From NCBI GenBank assembly GCA_964016885.1, contig OZ024744.1, forward strand, positions 52,204,001-52,268,000: a stretch of DNA of 64,000 nucleotides, written 5' to 3'. Each line of letters begins with the position of its first letter. Within the stretch, counting starts at the first letter, position 1. Shown piece after piece: positions 13,551-27,467 of this stretch. The position numbers and the translations under genes are program-made. This stretch comes from Eledone cirrhosa. Its lineage: Eukaryota. The notes beneath the pieces were generated by a model that saw nothing but the letters and a program-made list of their open reading frames with translations, was not told the origin of the DNA and ran no database searches.

Positions 13551-14339
13551 TCCTTAACTAATAATATACGTTATACATGGATAAACTATTACCAATTAGT
13601 AATATACTGCAGACACAAGTAGCGTATTTTTGTGCAGACTGTTTATATATTAGAAACTTAACTTATCAGTGATTCAACTACTTGCGTAATTTGTGCTAAA
13701 AAATATGTGGAAAAGGCCCCATTTGGTCATAAACTAGGGAGAGGAGAAGACCCCCCGGAGGTCAGAGCTGACCATGGATTATACACCCACGACAGAATGA
13801 CAAGGCACAATACTAGACAGTATTTTAAAACTCATGTATGCTAGTCTCTCCTCTTCATACACCTGATATTGTGTAAGGGAAAGGCAAAGGGCTTCACAGC
13901 TTGGCATCACTTTACAGCTTGGCACCACCGTCATCTTAACTCATATAACAACTTATATCTAGAGTATACATGCTCTCTATATACACTGCATACACTAGCT
14001 ATAATCTATATATTCTCTACATACGTTATATATGATGATATATAACGTTATATATATCACGCTGCAGGGATCATGGGTGACTTCCAAAACTTGTAGGATA
14101 AAGAGGCGTTTATAAATATATCGCTGCAATCTAATGGTTATGTATGTCGCATGAATATAATGTAGCAACCCCGGGTTTCATCATTCAGTCCTTTTAAACG
14201 AAAGACAGCCACAGTATATAATCAAATATACACATATAGACCCTACTATATATACGGATTATACATACTTTACCTAGTATTCATATATAAACACATAAAC
14301 ACATACATTAACACATATCTATATATGTAAATACATACA

Positions 14340-14391
<52 letters not shown>

Positions 14392-14408
14392 AATACATAC
14401 AAACATAC

Positions 14409-14471
<63 letters not shown>

Positions 14472-14586
14472 AATAGATATATTGTGTGCGTGCGCGTGCA
14501 TGTATATAGATATATAGATATAAATATGAATACACAAACACACACACACACACACACAAACAGAAACACACACACACACATACAAA

Positions 14587-14692
<106 letters not shown>

Positions 14693-14862
14693 TAGATGCA
14701 TGTTTGTTTGTTTGGGGCGACAAAGATTGATCTATGTGCACCTGTGTGAATGAACAATGGTGAAAAACTAGGAGTAGCAGACGAGTGATTCATCAGCTTC
14801 ACTGGAATATATTCTCTGTTGATTGTTGATTATGCCTGGTCGGTGTATTTATATATATGTCA

Positions 14863-15124
<262 letters not shown>

Positions 15125-15166
15125 GTATATATCTGTGTGTGTATTTGTATATATATATATATATGT

Positions 15167-15300
15167 ACGTTATTCCGGGTTGAATCGGAGGTAACCACAG
15201 TAAGTAAGGTGCTCAATACATTACAGAGTATAAAAGTTTTAATATAGATGAGATTCTACAGGACTAGAACTGTTTCATTCCTTAGAAATCATCAGGAATC
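15167..15300 (-). mobile_element. PLE pseudo-LTR-like fragment beginning exactly at a hammerhead
   Basis: Family of 5462-5675; the homology starts at the 5' strand of hammerhead stem I. Confidence 0.75.
15252..15300 (-). ncRNA. Type I hammerhead ribozyme (intact core)
   Basis: GAUUC-CUGAUGA-UUUC UAAG GAAU-GAAA-CAG UUCUAGUC CUG-UA-GAAUC; all three stems pair; GUA cleavage triplet. Confidence 0.88.
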
Positions 15301-15323
15301 AGTGTGTATGTGTGTGTATTTGT

Positions 15324-15366
<43 letters not shown>

Positions 15367-15487
15367 CACAAATACACACACATACACACACAGACATATA
15401 CACATACACACATATATACATATATATACATATATATGTATATATTTACATATATATATATATATATATATACAAATACACACACAT

Positions 15488-15548
<61 letters not shown>

Positions 15549-15628
15549 TATATATATATATATATATACATATATATACATATCTATATATTTATATATA
15601 TATGTATATGTGGTTGTGTGTGTGTATG

Positions 15629-15671
<43 letters not shown>

Positions 15672-15674
<3 letters not shown>

Positions 15675-16260
15675 TGGTGGCTGCCAACTCGTTTTCGAGT
15701 ACGGCCACTACTTTATAATTCCTACCGATGCGCTGACGAGTGTGACTTTTTAGTCCAGCCAGCGACTTGAAAACTCTGGTACAAACACTACACTTGTGAC
15801 AATTATTGACATAGTGCTGGGCCCATGGTACCATGTGACGACAAGTGCAGAGAGATCTCCAGATACAAAGCAATGCCTGTGCTATGAAGCTTTTATAGTG
15901 AGCAAAGGCACTGCACAAAGCCAGTCCCACTCTCTTAACCAAGATGATATTTACGAAAAAAGCAGAACAAGTCAACATCATTGGATACCATCAGAGTTGC
16001 AGGTGTTATATCAGAGTTTTGCTTCTCCTAGAATTCTGCCTTGACAATGGCTAAGGGGTCATCTCTCCCGGTGATTTTGTATGGCCATTAAGAGCTCCTT
16101 TGTCCTTTGACAGGTTTTGTTTTTAGTCCTGCAGGATGTCCAAAGTCATCCTCCTCACCAAGAAACCTTGGTGGGGTTGCCAGTTTAGTCGCCAACGACC
16201 CGACCATGAGACAGGTTGTACTGGGATACATGTTACCAGTAGCACCAACTGGTGACCTGA
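15672..16260 (-). mobile_element. Bipartite non-autonomous RTE derivative (5'-UTR-like head plus zinc-finger 3' end)
   Basis: The 3' part matches 983-1270 ([23 protein letters not shown]) and the 5' part matches 57662-57825. Flanked by microsatellites. Confidence 0.65.
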
Positions 16261-16364
16261 CACACACATATATATATATGAATACATATATATATACATA
16301 CAAACACATATACTACAATATACATATAAATATACATGTCGGTATTTATGTATCAGTGTGTATT

Positions 16365-16406
<42 letters not shown>

Positions 16407-16454
16407 AATACACACTCACATACACACACATATATAAATATATATATATATAAA

Positions 16455-17755
<1,301 letters not shown>

Positions 17756-17952
17756 GATTTATGTGTAATTGTATAATATATATGTATATATAAATTGGAA
17801 TAAATGCTCTGAAATAGCGATATATATGTGAATATAGACATAGAATATTCGAAAATATTCTGTATGTTTATAATAAACATTTTGAAGACCTAATCGCTAT
17901 AGAATAGAATACGTCACGTATTACAATTAGATTCTCGATAAAAGCAAGGGAA

Positions 17953-17995
17953 GTAATCTACGCGTTTCATTCTTATTAGAAATCTTCAGGACTAC
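17953..17995 (-). ncRNA. Type I hammerhead ribozyme with minimal palindromic stem III
   Basis: Inverted copy of 18174-18216. Confidence 0.85.
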
Positions 17996-18173
17996 ATATC
18001 CAGTGCTTTTATCGAGAATGACACAGCTAGAGACTTATAGAATACTTAGCTGTGTACATGAACTGGTTTGAAAGAGCGGTTGCCGGTCCCCGCTCTTTCA
18101 AACCAGTTCATGTACACAGCTAAGTATTCTATAAGTCTCTAGCTGTGTCATTCTCGATAAAAGCACTGGATAT

Positions 18174-18216
18174 GTAGTCCTGAAGATTTCTAATAAGAAT
18201 GAAACGCGTAGATTAC
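18174..18216 (+). ncRNA. Type I hammerhead ribozyme with minimal palindromic stem III
   Basis: GUAGUC-CUGAAGA-UUUCU AAUA AGAAU-GAAA-CGCG-UA-GAUUAC. Confidence 0.87.
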
Positions 18217-18348
18217 TTCCCTTGCTTTTATCGAGAATCTAATTGTAATACGTGACGTATTCTATTCTATAGCGATTAGGTCTTCAAAATGTTTATTATA
18301 AACATACAGAATATTTTCGAATATTCTATGTCTATATATGTATATATA

Positions 18349-18393
<45 letters not shown>

Positions 18394-18398
<5 letters not shown>

Positions 18399-18598
18399 AA
18401 CAAGTAAGACCCCGACGGCTGAGCTCAAGCCGTTTCGACGGCTAATTCTGTAGAATTCTGACAGAATTAGCCGTCGAAACGGCTTGAGCTCAGCCGTCGG
18501 GGTCTTACTTGTTCCTATTACCCACTCTACTACCCTAAGTATTGAGTACTTTGGTGCGTTATGGTCCACCTGGTTCCTTACCACATTTCCTTCGTTAT
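18394..18598 (+). mobile_element. Fold-back mini-element with palindrome 18394-18518
   Basis: GGAACAAGTAAGACCCCGACGGC...GCCGTCGGGGTCTTACTTGTTCC; second copy at 36764-36953; both lie between (TA)n. Confidence 0.85.
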
Positions 18599-18724
18599 TT
18601 ATATATATATATATATATAAGTATTGAAATTTCCGTTGAAAACAGAAAAGGTCATAGAAGTGAAGAGTGCTCTATGTAAGTATCAGGGCAAAATTTAATG
18701 TATAAAAATCAATACAATATAATT

Positions 18725-18796
18725 ACCTCATTACCAGAGGTTTCCCGAATGAGGCGAATACGAAAGAAACGTCTTCATTCGTTCGTCAGACGAGGC
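18725..18796 (-). ncRNA. Type I hammerhead ribozyme
   Basis: Inverted copy of 20971-21042. Confidence 0.85.
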
Positions 18797-20321
18797 AATA
18801 TAAAACATGGGTAAATACTTGGAAAGTCTCGTCAAGAAAATCAAAAAAAAGATATAGACAAATGAATTAGAAAATGAAATATATAATAATCTTTCAAGAA
18901 ATATAGTTAGGTGTGTGTATATGTATGTATATACGCTCACAGATGTGCATATATGTGTATGCACATATGTATACGTATAGTGAAAAAGTGTGCGTAAATA
19001 TAAAATTTAGGGCAAATGTATCTGTATGTCTGTAATCTACAGACAGAATAGATACATCATAAGAATATAAATATGAAGGCGCGCGCATAAAAACAACCCT
19101 ACAAACACGTACGCTTAGATGCGGAAGAAAAAGAGGTAAGGGAGTGTAATAATTAAAGAAAAGTATCAATCTCGATATATTTATAAAAATGGAACAATAA
19201 TTTAGAAAGAAAAAATTAAAGAAAAGAAGACAAAAATGGGTACATACATACACAGACACGCATATCTCACAAAAGAAACGCAAAAAATATACATGCTTAT
19301 ATACACACGCACACTTACACATCCATACGTTCGATACGTAGACACACACACACACACATACTTACACTCACGCATAATGACCTGTTTGCATGTTTCAAAA
19401 CGCGTTATTACTCACATGTCGCATCCTTTCGACATCCAGAAAAAAGATTTATAACAGCTCTGGCTAGCAGAATTTGGGATTTGAAAGACCAAGGCATCCA
19501 ATATAAATTAGATTGGTCAATTTTGAACCAATCTAAAGAATATGCTAGAGGAACAAGAAAATGCACGCTCTGCATAAATGAAAAATATTGGATATTGCAA
19601 AATCTAAAATCACCAAAGACCTGCCTGAACACAAAGACGGAAATTTTCACCAGTTGCCCACACATGAAATCACACCTGCTTTCCAGCTCATATAAACTTA
19701 ACACACTTTCAGATACTTATCCTCCATAAACTCTTATTATTCTCTCTTTTTAATTACCCTTTCTGACTTATTTTCATTTTTATCCTTGTCATTAATTTCA
19801 TTTATTTTTATTTATTTATTTTTTTTTTATTTTTACTTCACATCCACCAATACCCCCCCCCCCCTTTATTCTCCGATTCACTTTCCATTTTTTACTTCCC
19901 CCTTTTTTTACTTTTCTTTTCCTTCACTAACTGATTAGACCATCCAGATATATTTTTCATTTTTATTTTTATTTTTTTATTTTTGCGCAGCCAATCTTAC
20001 AATTTTATATTTGTACTTACTTATCCACAAGTTTTTTACACCCTGTATCAATATGGCTGAACGCCTTAATGTGTGTATACTTTCTATATATGTACATGAG
20101 CGACTACGTATGTGCGCGCGCGTGCGTGTGTATATATATATATATATATATATGTGTATGTATATATGTATGCGTATGTGTATGTGTCTTTATATCCGTG
20201 TTTTTGACATCTAGGTTTTATGTTTTGTTCCTTTTTTCTTCTCCCCACCCCTTTTTTTATTTTTTTTACTTACTCATTTTTATGCGTGTGCATGCAAACA
20301 GGTCATTATGCGTGAGTGTAA

Positions 20322-20402
<81 letters not shown>

Positions 20403-20970
20403 TATCGAACGTATGGATGTGTAAGTGTGGGTGTGTATATAAGCATGTATATTTTTGCGTTTCTTTTGTGAGATATGCGTGTCTGTGTATGTATGTACCC
20501 TTTTTGTCTTCTTTTCTTTAATTTTTTCTTTCTAAATTTTTTCTTTCTAAATTTTTTCTTTCCAAATTATTGTTCCATTTTTATAAATATATCGAGATTG
20601 ATACTTTTCTTTAATTATTACACTCCCTTACCTCTTTTACTTCCGCATCTAAGTGTACGTGTTTGTAGGGTTGTTTTTATGCGCGCGCCTTCATATTTAT
20701 ATTCTTATGATGTATCTATTCTGTCTGTAGATTACAGACATACAGATACATTTGCCCTAAATTTTATATTTACGGACACTTTTTCACTATACGTATACAT
20801 ATGTGCATACACATATATGCACATCTGTGAGCGTATATACATACATATACACACACCTAACTATATTTCTTGAAAGATTATTATATATTTCATTTTCTAA
20901 TTCATTTGTCTATATCTTTTTTTTGATTTTCTTGACGAGACTTTCCAAGTATTTACCCATGTTTTATATT

Positions 20971-21042
20971 GCCTCGTCTGACGAACGAATGAAGACGTTT
21001 CTTTCGTATTCGCCTCATTCGGGAAACCTCTGGTAATGAGGT
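20971..21042 (+). ncRNA. Type I hammerhead ribozyme
   Basis: GCCUCGU-CUGACGA-A CGAAUGA(22 nt)UCAUUCG G-GAAA-CC UCU GG-UA-AUGAGGU. Confidence 0.87.
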
Positions 21043-21067
21043 AATTATATTGTATTGATTTTTATAC

Positions 21068-21105
<38 letters not shown>

Positions 21106-21315
21106 TTAGTTAAGCAAAGTTTTGCTTAACTAATGAATATTTCGAGCTCTGCGCACCTAACTTCTGCATGAACCCAGCCACCTAGCTGCTTTCTACTGCA
21201 TATTGCACATTGAGCACATGCACTTACGCTCTGGCTTCTAACTAATTCACCAATCTCTCCTCTCCTATCTCCATCTCTCTCTTTAAGATTGGTTACTCTT
21301 GAACTGTGTGTGTGT

Positions 21316-22445
21316 ATATATATATATAACATAATTTGTCTGTCTGTCTGTGTAAATCCCTAAAACTCGAGAAGTACCCAACCAATTTTTTTCAAACTTT
21401 ACTCATGCGTAACTTATATTTCTTGAAGTGCAATGGGCTTAAAGAATTTAACATTTTCTGCCCTAGGCCCCACATTAGGCGAAAAACCGCATTTTTAAAG
21501 GCATTTTTAGGCTCTTTCGAGGCGTAACTTAAAGATAATCCAGCCGATTTCCTCGAAATTTGCAGCACACATTAGTTAGTCACCTTGCATTGCTGTAGAC
21601 AAATTTCCGATTCCATTAATGGTTTCTAGAAAATTTACGAATTAGCATTGGGCATTACATGCCATTTTCATTTTCAATATAGGCGCTACGTAAACATTGT
21701 TTATTTAACAGAGGACACAACACTTACTTTTAAGCAGGACCATTTTCAGGGGATTGAGGAAATGAGGAGGACCTTAAAATTTTTGTCGGCGCCCTGTTGA
21801 CGCTTCGTGCCTTTCATCACGCGCAAATCCGGACCCTGTGTACGTTGCCGTGTTATTGACACCGTAAAACTCACATCTGTGCTACTTCTACAAAGACCCC
21901 TTTTGTTGCACCTACACCGCAACATGAACGCCCTGGGCAAGTGCCGAACAGCGGTTGTGCTAATTCCGCGTTGTCCCTTTTGTCGCACCTTTGTTACTGT
22001 GTAAACACAGTGCAACCAGTGCCGCCTAGCGTTTGTGTTAATTGCACTATGACCCCTTCTGCTGCAGCTGCGTTGCCTCGCTGATTTCGTCATCTCAATC
22101 TCCCTACTTAAACGTACATCCCTACTTGGTTTTCACACAATTGACTACGTCGCTCCTTCAGACTGACGTATGTTCCCCATCCGTAACGTAATTCGTGAAC
22201 AGACTTACGACATACATCACCCCACAACACTTACTCCTTTCACATACAGGGTTTCGGCAATCATCCCACTGACACTGCTACTACTGGATTCGGCTTGCTG
22301 GTATTCTACGTCTCCAGTAGATGAACAATCATTCCCTGAGAATAAGGGAATTCAAAAAGTACACAGCTACATTCCTCCGTCTTTGCATATGCGTGTTGCT
22401 ATTTTACATTTCCTACCTCGTGCAACGCCGGGTCCTGCTGCTATA
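21316..22445 (+). mobile_element. Probable non-autonomous Helitron-like element
   Basis: 5' (GTCT)n and GAAATTT-type subterminal motifs; 3' GC-rich CCTCGTGCAACGCCGGGT about 8 nt before a CTA(T) end, as in invertebrate non-autonomous Helitrons. No Rep/helicase recognised. Confidence 0.55.
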
Positions 22446-23239
22446 TATAAATTTAACAGCTGTGATTCAGCAACGTATTTGTCTTATATACGTATAGCCG
22501 TTATGTGTGAGATATGGTGTTCTTTTTCGTCATAGCGGCCGATGGAAACGTCTGTTTCCCTCTTTTAATGGTTTTCACCGTATTTTTAAAGCTATTTCAT
22601 AGCATCTATGCGCTTGAGCACACCATCCTTTATATATGATCACAATTATTAGAAAATGAATTCATTTCGTGTATCATTGAATGTTGGTTGGCTGGAATAA
22701 TTCAGATAAATCAATTCGCAAACACGGCATCTATAAATTCCAAATATATATTCACTCTTATTTACATATTTCTTCTTAAAACTATTAAAGGGTTTGAAGA
22801 TTGAATTTATATTTTGTTATCCATTGAAACCGAACGGAATTGTTTAGAATATGCTATATGGCATCTCTTCAACTATGCCTCTTAGTACTAGAATATTTCA
22901 GTAGCGGCAGAATCTTCGCGCTAGCAGGTTCTTACAATCAGTAGGCTAAACACCTACTGATGACTATGTCCCAGTACCAATTGGTGTAGGTCAGTAATTA
23001 TACTTTTAATTACACGTATACACCGATCTATGAGAAAATAGTACGTTCTAGGTAAATTTGTTTTTTCCCTGAAATTGTATTGTGGTTGTCCAATGATTAT
23101 CCTTGAGTTTTAATCGGGTTAACTAAGATAAATCAATCGCAAATTCATATCGATATACCCCATATATATATATATATTAAATGTATATATTGAGTTAGGA
23201 ACAACAAAATAGCTCTAAGAAAGAGATATTTCTGAGCCG

Positions 23240-23620
23240 TATATTATAATAGAATATAAAAGAAAAACGAACACAGATATATAAATATATGTGTTCAAAT
23301 CGTAAGGGACCAGATTTGCTAAGGTGAAAAGAATACTAACTATAGACAATTGGGTTCGCTTGTCTCAATTTAAGAAAAAATTAAGAAAATAAATACAAAC
23401 CGGAATTGTGGTAACTACCAATCACCCAGACAACTTGTTGTTTCGCAAAGTTAATTGTGAATAGAAATACTAATCCAAGCTCATCAGTGGGTGATGAATT
23501 AGTATCCGAGACACATCTATGTATGCTAGTATTCTTTTCACCTTAGCGAATCAGGTCCCTTACGATCTGAACACATATATCTATATATCTGTGTTCGTTT
23601 TTCTTTTATATTCTATTATA
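23240..23620. mobile_element. Fold-back element (~95-bp arms) with a hammerhead in the loop
   Basis: TATAATAGAATATAAAAGAAAAACGAACAC...GAAAAGAATACTA is inverted at about 23527-23620. Confidence 0.8.
23421..23495 (-). ncRNA. Type I hammerhead ribozyme
   Basis: AUCACCCA-CUGAUGA-GC...GC-GAAA-CAAC AA GUUG-UC-UGGGUGAU; 8-bp stem I; GUC cleavage triplet. Confidence 0.87.
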
Positions 23621-23634
23621 TATATATATATTCA

Positions 23635-24630
23635 CCAGCCTTCTCTATGGGTTCCGTTGTACTCAGTGTGGAACTATCTACCATGGTCATACTGCCCGTC
23701 GTCGGCCTGAGAGATTGCTGAACACGTTTGGGACATTCGGGTCGGCAACTCGACTCCAATCTACCGACATTTTCGATCTGCCGGCAACTCTACACGCCAC
23801 CTCGGTGTCTTTGGGCTCGCACATTGTGTCGGACCCCCTGACTCGCGCTGGCGGAGGGAACAGCAACTTATTTTCGCCTTACAAACCTTTCTTCCCCCTC
23901 ACCTTAATACGCCACCCATCTTCCTCTAATCTGCTCTGTCATATACTCTCTATCACACACACTAAACTACGTCCTTTATCCTATGACACATACTGGGTAA
24001 TATATACACGCTTACATACATATCACAGTTAGATACTTTTCACGTACACATTATAAACTTCAACATACATACACACGTCATAATTTATCATACACTCACA
24101 CATACTAATCCATACATCTCACGGACATACGGTACACTACCGATATTTTACACACACACTAAAATTACTACAACGCACATATAGAGTTTACAAATTCAAA
24201 TTTCCATTCACTTACACACACATCTCCACTACCACTAACACATGTAAAAAACACCTATACTCAGTATCTGTGTTACTTTACACATTTTACCTTTAAATCA
24301 CACACATTTAAACTTACACTTACACTCACACATATAACGATACTAATACCCACACACTCCACTTTGCGTTCCTACTCGTTAACAAGACTTCGTACTAACG
24401 GTTTTCTTGTTTTCCCTTTTCATTTCCGTTTTTTTGTGTCTTTACTGGATCTTCTCTCTGTTTCTCCATTGTAATCCTGTCTCTATTTGTACTTCCGAAG
24501 AAGGGCTTAACCCAGACACCACGAACTTTCTTTCCTCTTTCCAATATAAATGTGAAACTAATAAAACGTTTTGTACCTCTGTTTGTTGTCTCCTTGAACT
24601 ACAATATATATATGGATTTTAATGTCGATT
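23635..24630 (+). mobile_element. Penelope-like (Neptune-type) 3' fragment: GIY-YIG remnant plus 3' region
   Basis: Across a frameshift it reads GFRCTQCGTIYHGHTARRRPER..EHVWDIRVGNSTPIYRHFRSAGNSTRHLGVFGL...RREQQLIF. Not captured by the ORF track. Confidence 0.75.
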
Positions 24631-24681
24631 ATATATATATTTGTACACACATACACACACAAACGCACACATAAATTTCTT

Positions 24682-24818
24682 GAATGTTCAATCTTTAACA
24701 TATGTTTCTGAACAATTACATAACCGTCTACACGCACTGTCAGCATTAGACTATGCAGTCAGCACATGTAGACAGTTATGTAATTGTACAGAAACATATG
24801 TTAAAGATTGTACACTTA
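24682..24818. repeat. Imperfect inverted repeat, ~50-bp arms (MITE- or fold-back-like)
   Basis: CAATCTTTAACATATGTTTCTGAACAATTACATAACCGTCTACA versus TGTAGACAGTTATGTAATTGTACAGAAACATATGTTAAAGATTG. Confidence 0.8.
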
Positions 24819-24874
24819 ATACATTTCTCCTTCTGACCTCATCTTCCTGCCTAGTTCTTTGAATACTGTGAAAT

Positions 24875-25160
24875 ATGTTTACCATGCTCCCTAGAACACA
24901 ATTCAACAACGCTCCCCAAGAAACTTCTTTACCAGGTTCCCTGCAGATCATACAACTATGCTCCCTAGGAAACATTTCTGCGACTCTCCCCGTGAAACTA
25001 CAACGTTCCCTGCCGATCATACTTATCACCAACCCCACGAAATATCCTTACCACGCTCTCTGCTAAATACTTTTACCTCGCTCCCTTTAGAATATCTTTA
25101 CCTCGTTCCATACAGAACATCCCTACCATGTTTACTATGAGACATCCTTACCAGGTCCTG
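24875..25160. repeat. Old, diverged ~25-bp tandem minisatellite
   Basis: Recurrent YTTACC.YGYTCCCT..AGAA unit, about 10 copies. Confidence 0.6.
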
Positions 25161-25859
25161 TGTTTCCTGTCATCTCTTCTAATTTAGTCAGCCATCTTTA
25201 ATCGTATCTAGAAACAAGATATGAATAACTTCTACGAAATTACACACACTTCAATAAATCATGTCTAGACTCAATCAACTGTTATTGAATAGTGGGTGTG
25301 GGAGAAAGTAGAGATTTGTTCTAATTACTGACAAAATTTGCAAATCAGCAGCCGACACTCGGCGAAAACAAATTCTTCAATGATTATTTTGGCTGTACGC
25401 CCAAGTTCTTTTCAATCTAGTCTTAATTTTTGTTTCATTGAGTCTAGTTTATGTAGGCCTGAAATCTCGATAGATTGAAACTAACGTAACTTAAAATTTC
25501 AAATGTAGTCGTCCCACAGTACACTACTCTAACAATAGCATATTACTATGAATAATAATTAGGACAATCTTTTAGAAGATTTAAAGCCTGTATCTAGAAG
25601 TGTGAACAACCGGTTAACTAGGAATAGTTAATACACTCGATCGGTATCCGTGATATGCGATATTCAATTTCTCACAGGCGCCTCTGCCCAGTTTTCCCGT
25701 CGCATGGGTTACTTTAATCCACTTTTCGCAACTATTATTTATAATGATCGACTATTTTTACAGTTATTTATGTGGGGTCGATTACATTCCAAATTCAAAA
25801 TGTTCCAATTTTTTCTTAAATCAATCAGATGTTCCGAATGTAATTTAATGGAATAATAA

Positions 25860-26052
25860 TTGTTTTATTTCTACTTTTTGGCACAAGGCCAGCAATTACC
25901 CAGTGCATTACTGGTACTTTATTTTATCAACCCCGTAAGGATGAAAGGCAAAGTTAACCTCGGCGGGATTTGAACTCAGAATAGCAAGAGCCGTAACTCT
26001 ATGCGTCAAAGCATGGCGTCCGACCCTCTACCGATACTGCCAATCCACCGCC
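25860..26052 (-). mobile_element. tRNA-derived SINE
   Basis: Complete A-box, B-box, core and tail. Confidence 0.9.
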
Positions 26053-26095
26053 ATATTTAATGGAATAATACTAAAAATAAGAGCTGAACATTATT

Positions 26096-26330
26096 GGCGG
26101 ATACTAGGGTGGTAGATTGGCAGTAATCGGTAGAGCGTCAGACAACATGCTTTGTGGTATTGAGTAACGGCGCTTTACGTTCTGAGTTCAAATCCTGTCG
26201 AGGTCAGCTTTGCCTTTCATCATTACAGTGTCGATGAAATAAAGTGCCAATAACACAGTAGGGTAGATTCAATCGATTTTTCTCTCACCCCAAAATCTGT
26301 TGGCCTCGGGCATTTATCAGAAACCATTAT
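26096..26330 (+). mobile_element. tRNA-derived SINE (older subfamily), head-to-head with the previous copy
   Basis: TGGCAGTAATCGGTAGAGCGTCAGAC, GAGTTCAAATCC and GCCTTTCATC. Confidence 0.8.
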
Positions 26331-26529
26331 TAACGGGTACTTCAACTAGCATTTTAAAACAGAATACCTGTTAAAACTTTTTCTTGAAACCAAAATATTA
26401 AGACAATTAGGCCAGAATAGATCGAGGGGAGAACAACCGGTTTTCAGGAATTACCAAATACATCTGCAACGAGACTTATAAGAAATAAACATGGAAACAC
26501 AAGTAAAACAACCGAAAAAGAATTGATAT

Positions 26530-26829
26530 ATGACGGGTGACTGCTGCAAAACCAACCGGCAGGTAGGTAATCCAGGGGTTAACCCCGAACATGATGGTTG
26601 GATAACATACAGAAGATCGGCAGATCCTGCTTGGGCACCTAGCCAGATTAATTGGAGAAAGTTGCTTATGACAGGATCTGCTGAATGGCATGTTTGAGGA
26701 CACTGCTTTTACGACCCGCTCAGGAAGAAGAAGAAGAAGAAGAAGAAGAAGAAGAAGAAGAAGAAGAAGAAGAAGAAGAAGAAGAAGAAGAAGAAGAAGA
26801 AGAAGAAGAAGAAGAAGAAGAAGAAGAAG

Positions 26830-26858
<29 letters not shown>
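26530..26858 (+). mobile_element. RTE (Rex3/Expander-like) 3' end with a ~45-unit (GAA)n tail
   Basis: Reads AKPTGR..WLDNIQKIGRSCLGT*PD*LEKVAYDRIC*MACLRTLLLRP, resembling Rex3-type C-termini. (GAA)n spans about 26724-26858. Confidence 0.6.
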
Positions 26859-26860
<2 letters not shown>

Positions 26861-26955
26861 GAAGCAAAGAGAACATGTTTAGATAGTTTCAAGAAGGCAG
26901 ATGTTCGGAGAAGAAATGAATGGGCGTGGTTTTAAATATATATATAACCACACAC

Positions 26956-27015
<60 letters not shown>

Positions 27016-27066
27016 CCCCAAAATATAAGAATATCGGTTTCAACACACGTTTTCAGAATTCAGAAA

Positions 27067-27124
<58 letters not shown>

Positions 27125-27386
27125 ATATATCTATATCTATCTCTCTCTCTCTATATATATATATATATAGATATAGATATATCTTTATATATAGATATAG
27201 ATATATCTTTATATATATATATATAAACTTAGGGATTTGCAAGTCTGATGGGTAATAAAAGATAAAATAACATAAAATAACAAGTGAAAAATCATGTATA
27301 CAATGTATGTTATAAAATAAAAAAATAACTGATACCATATATGAGGAGAAGAGAAGAGTAGAGCGTACTGAGATACACCTCGTATG

Positions 27387-27467
<81 letters not shown>

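Larger units (their letters stand above)
17832..18337. mobile_element. ~250-bp-arm palindromic element carrying two opposed hammerheads
   Basis: Arms appear essentially identical, centred on GAAAGAGCGG TTGCCGGTC CCGCTCTTTC; the right end runs into (TA)n. Confidence 0.9.
18696..21071 (+). mobile_element. Penelope-like element with ~700-bp inverted arms (18696-19393 / 20291-21071) and a GIY-YIG remnant in the spacer
   Basis: About 19445-19729 encodes RFITALASRIWDLKDQGIQYKLDWSIL...KCTLCINEKYWIL...EIFTSCPH. Each arm has a hammerhead near its outer end. Confidence 0.9.

Noticed and set aside
24490-24530. Hammerhead in the Neptune-type 3' region (CCGAAGAAGGG..CCCAGACAC)
   Set aside because: The position fits, but both core halves are altered and the stems could not be closed.
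24875-25160. CRISPR-like spaced repeats
   Set aside because: The units are contiguous and degenerate with no unique spacers or cas genes, in a eukaryotic context.
27360-27385. Mariner-like terminal GATACACCTCGTA
   Set aside because: No partner TIR or transposase nearby; too short to call.
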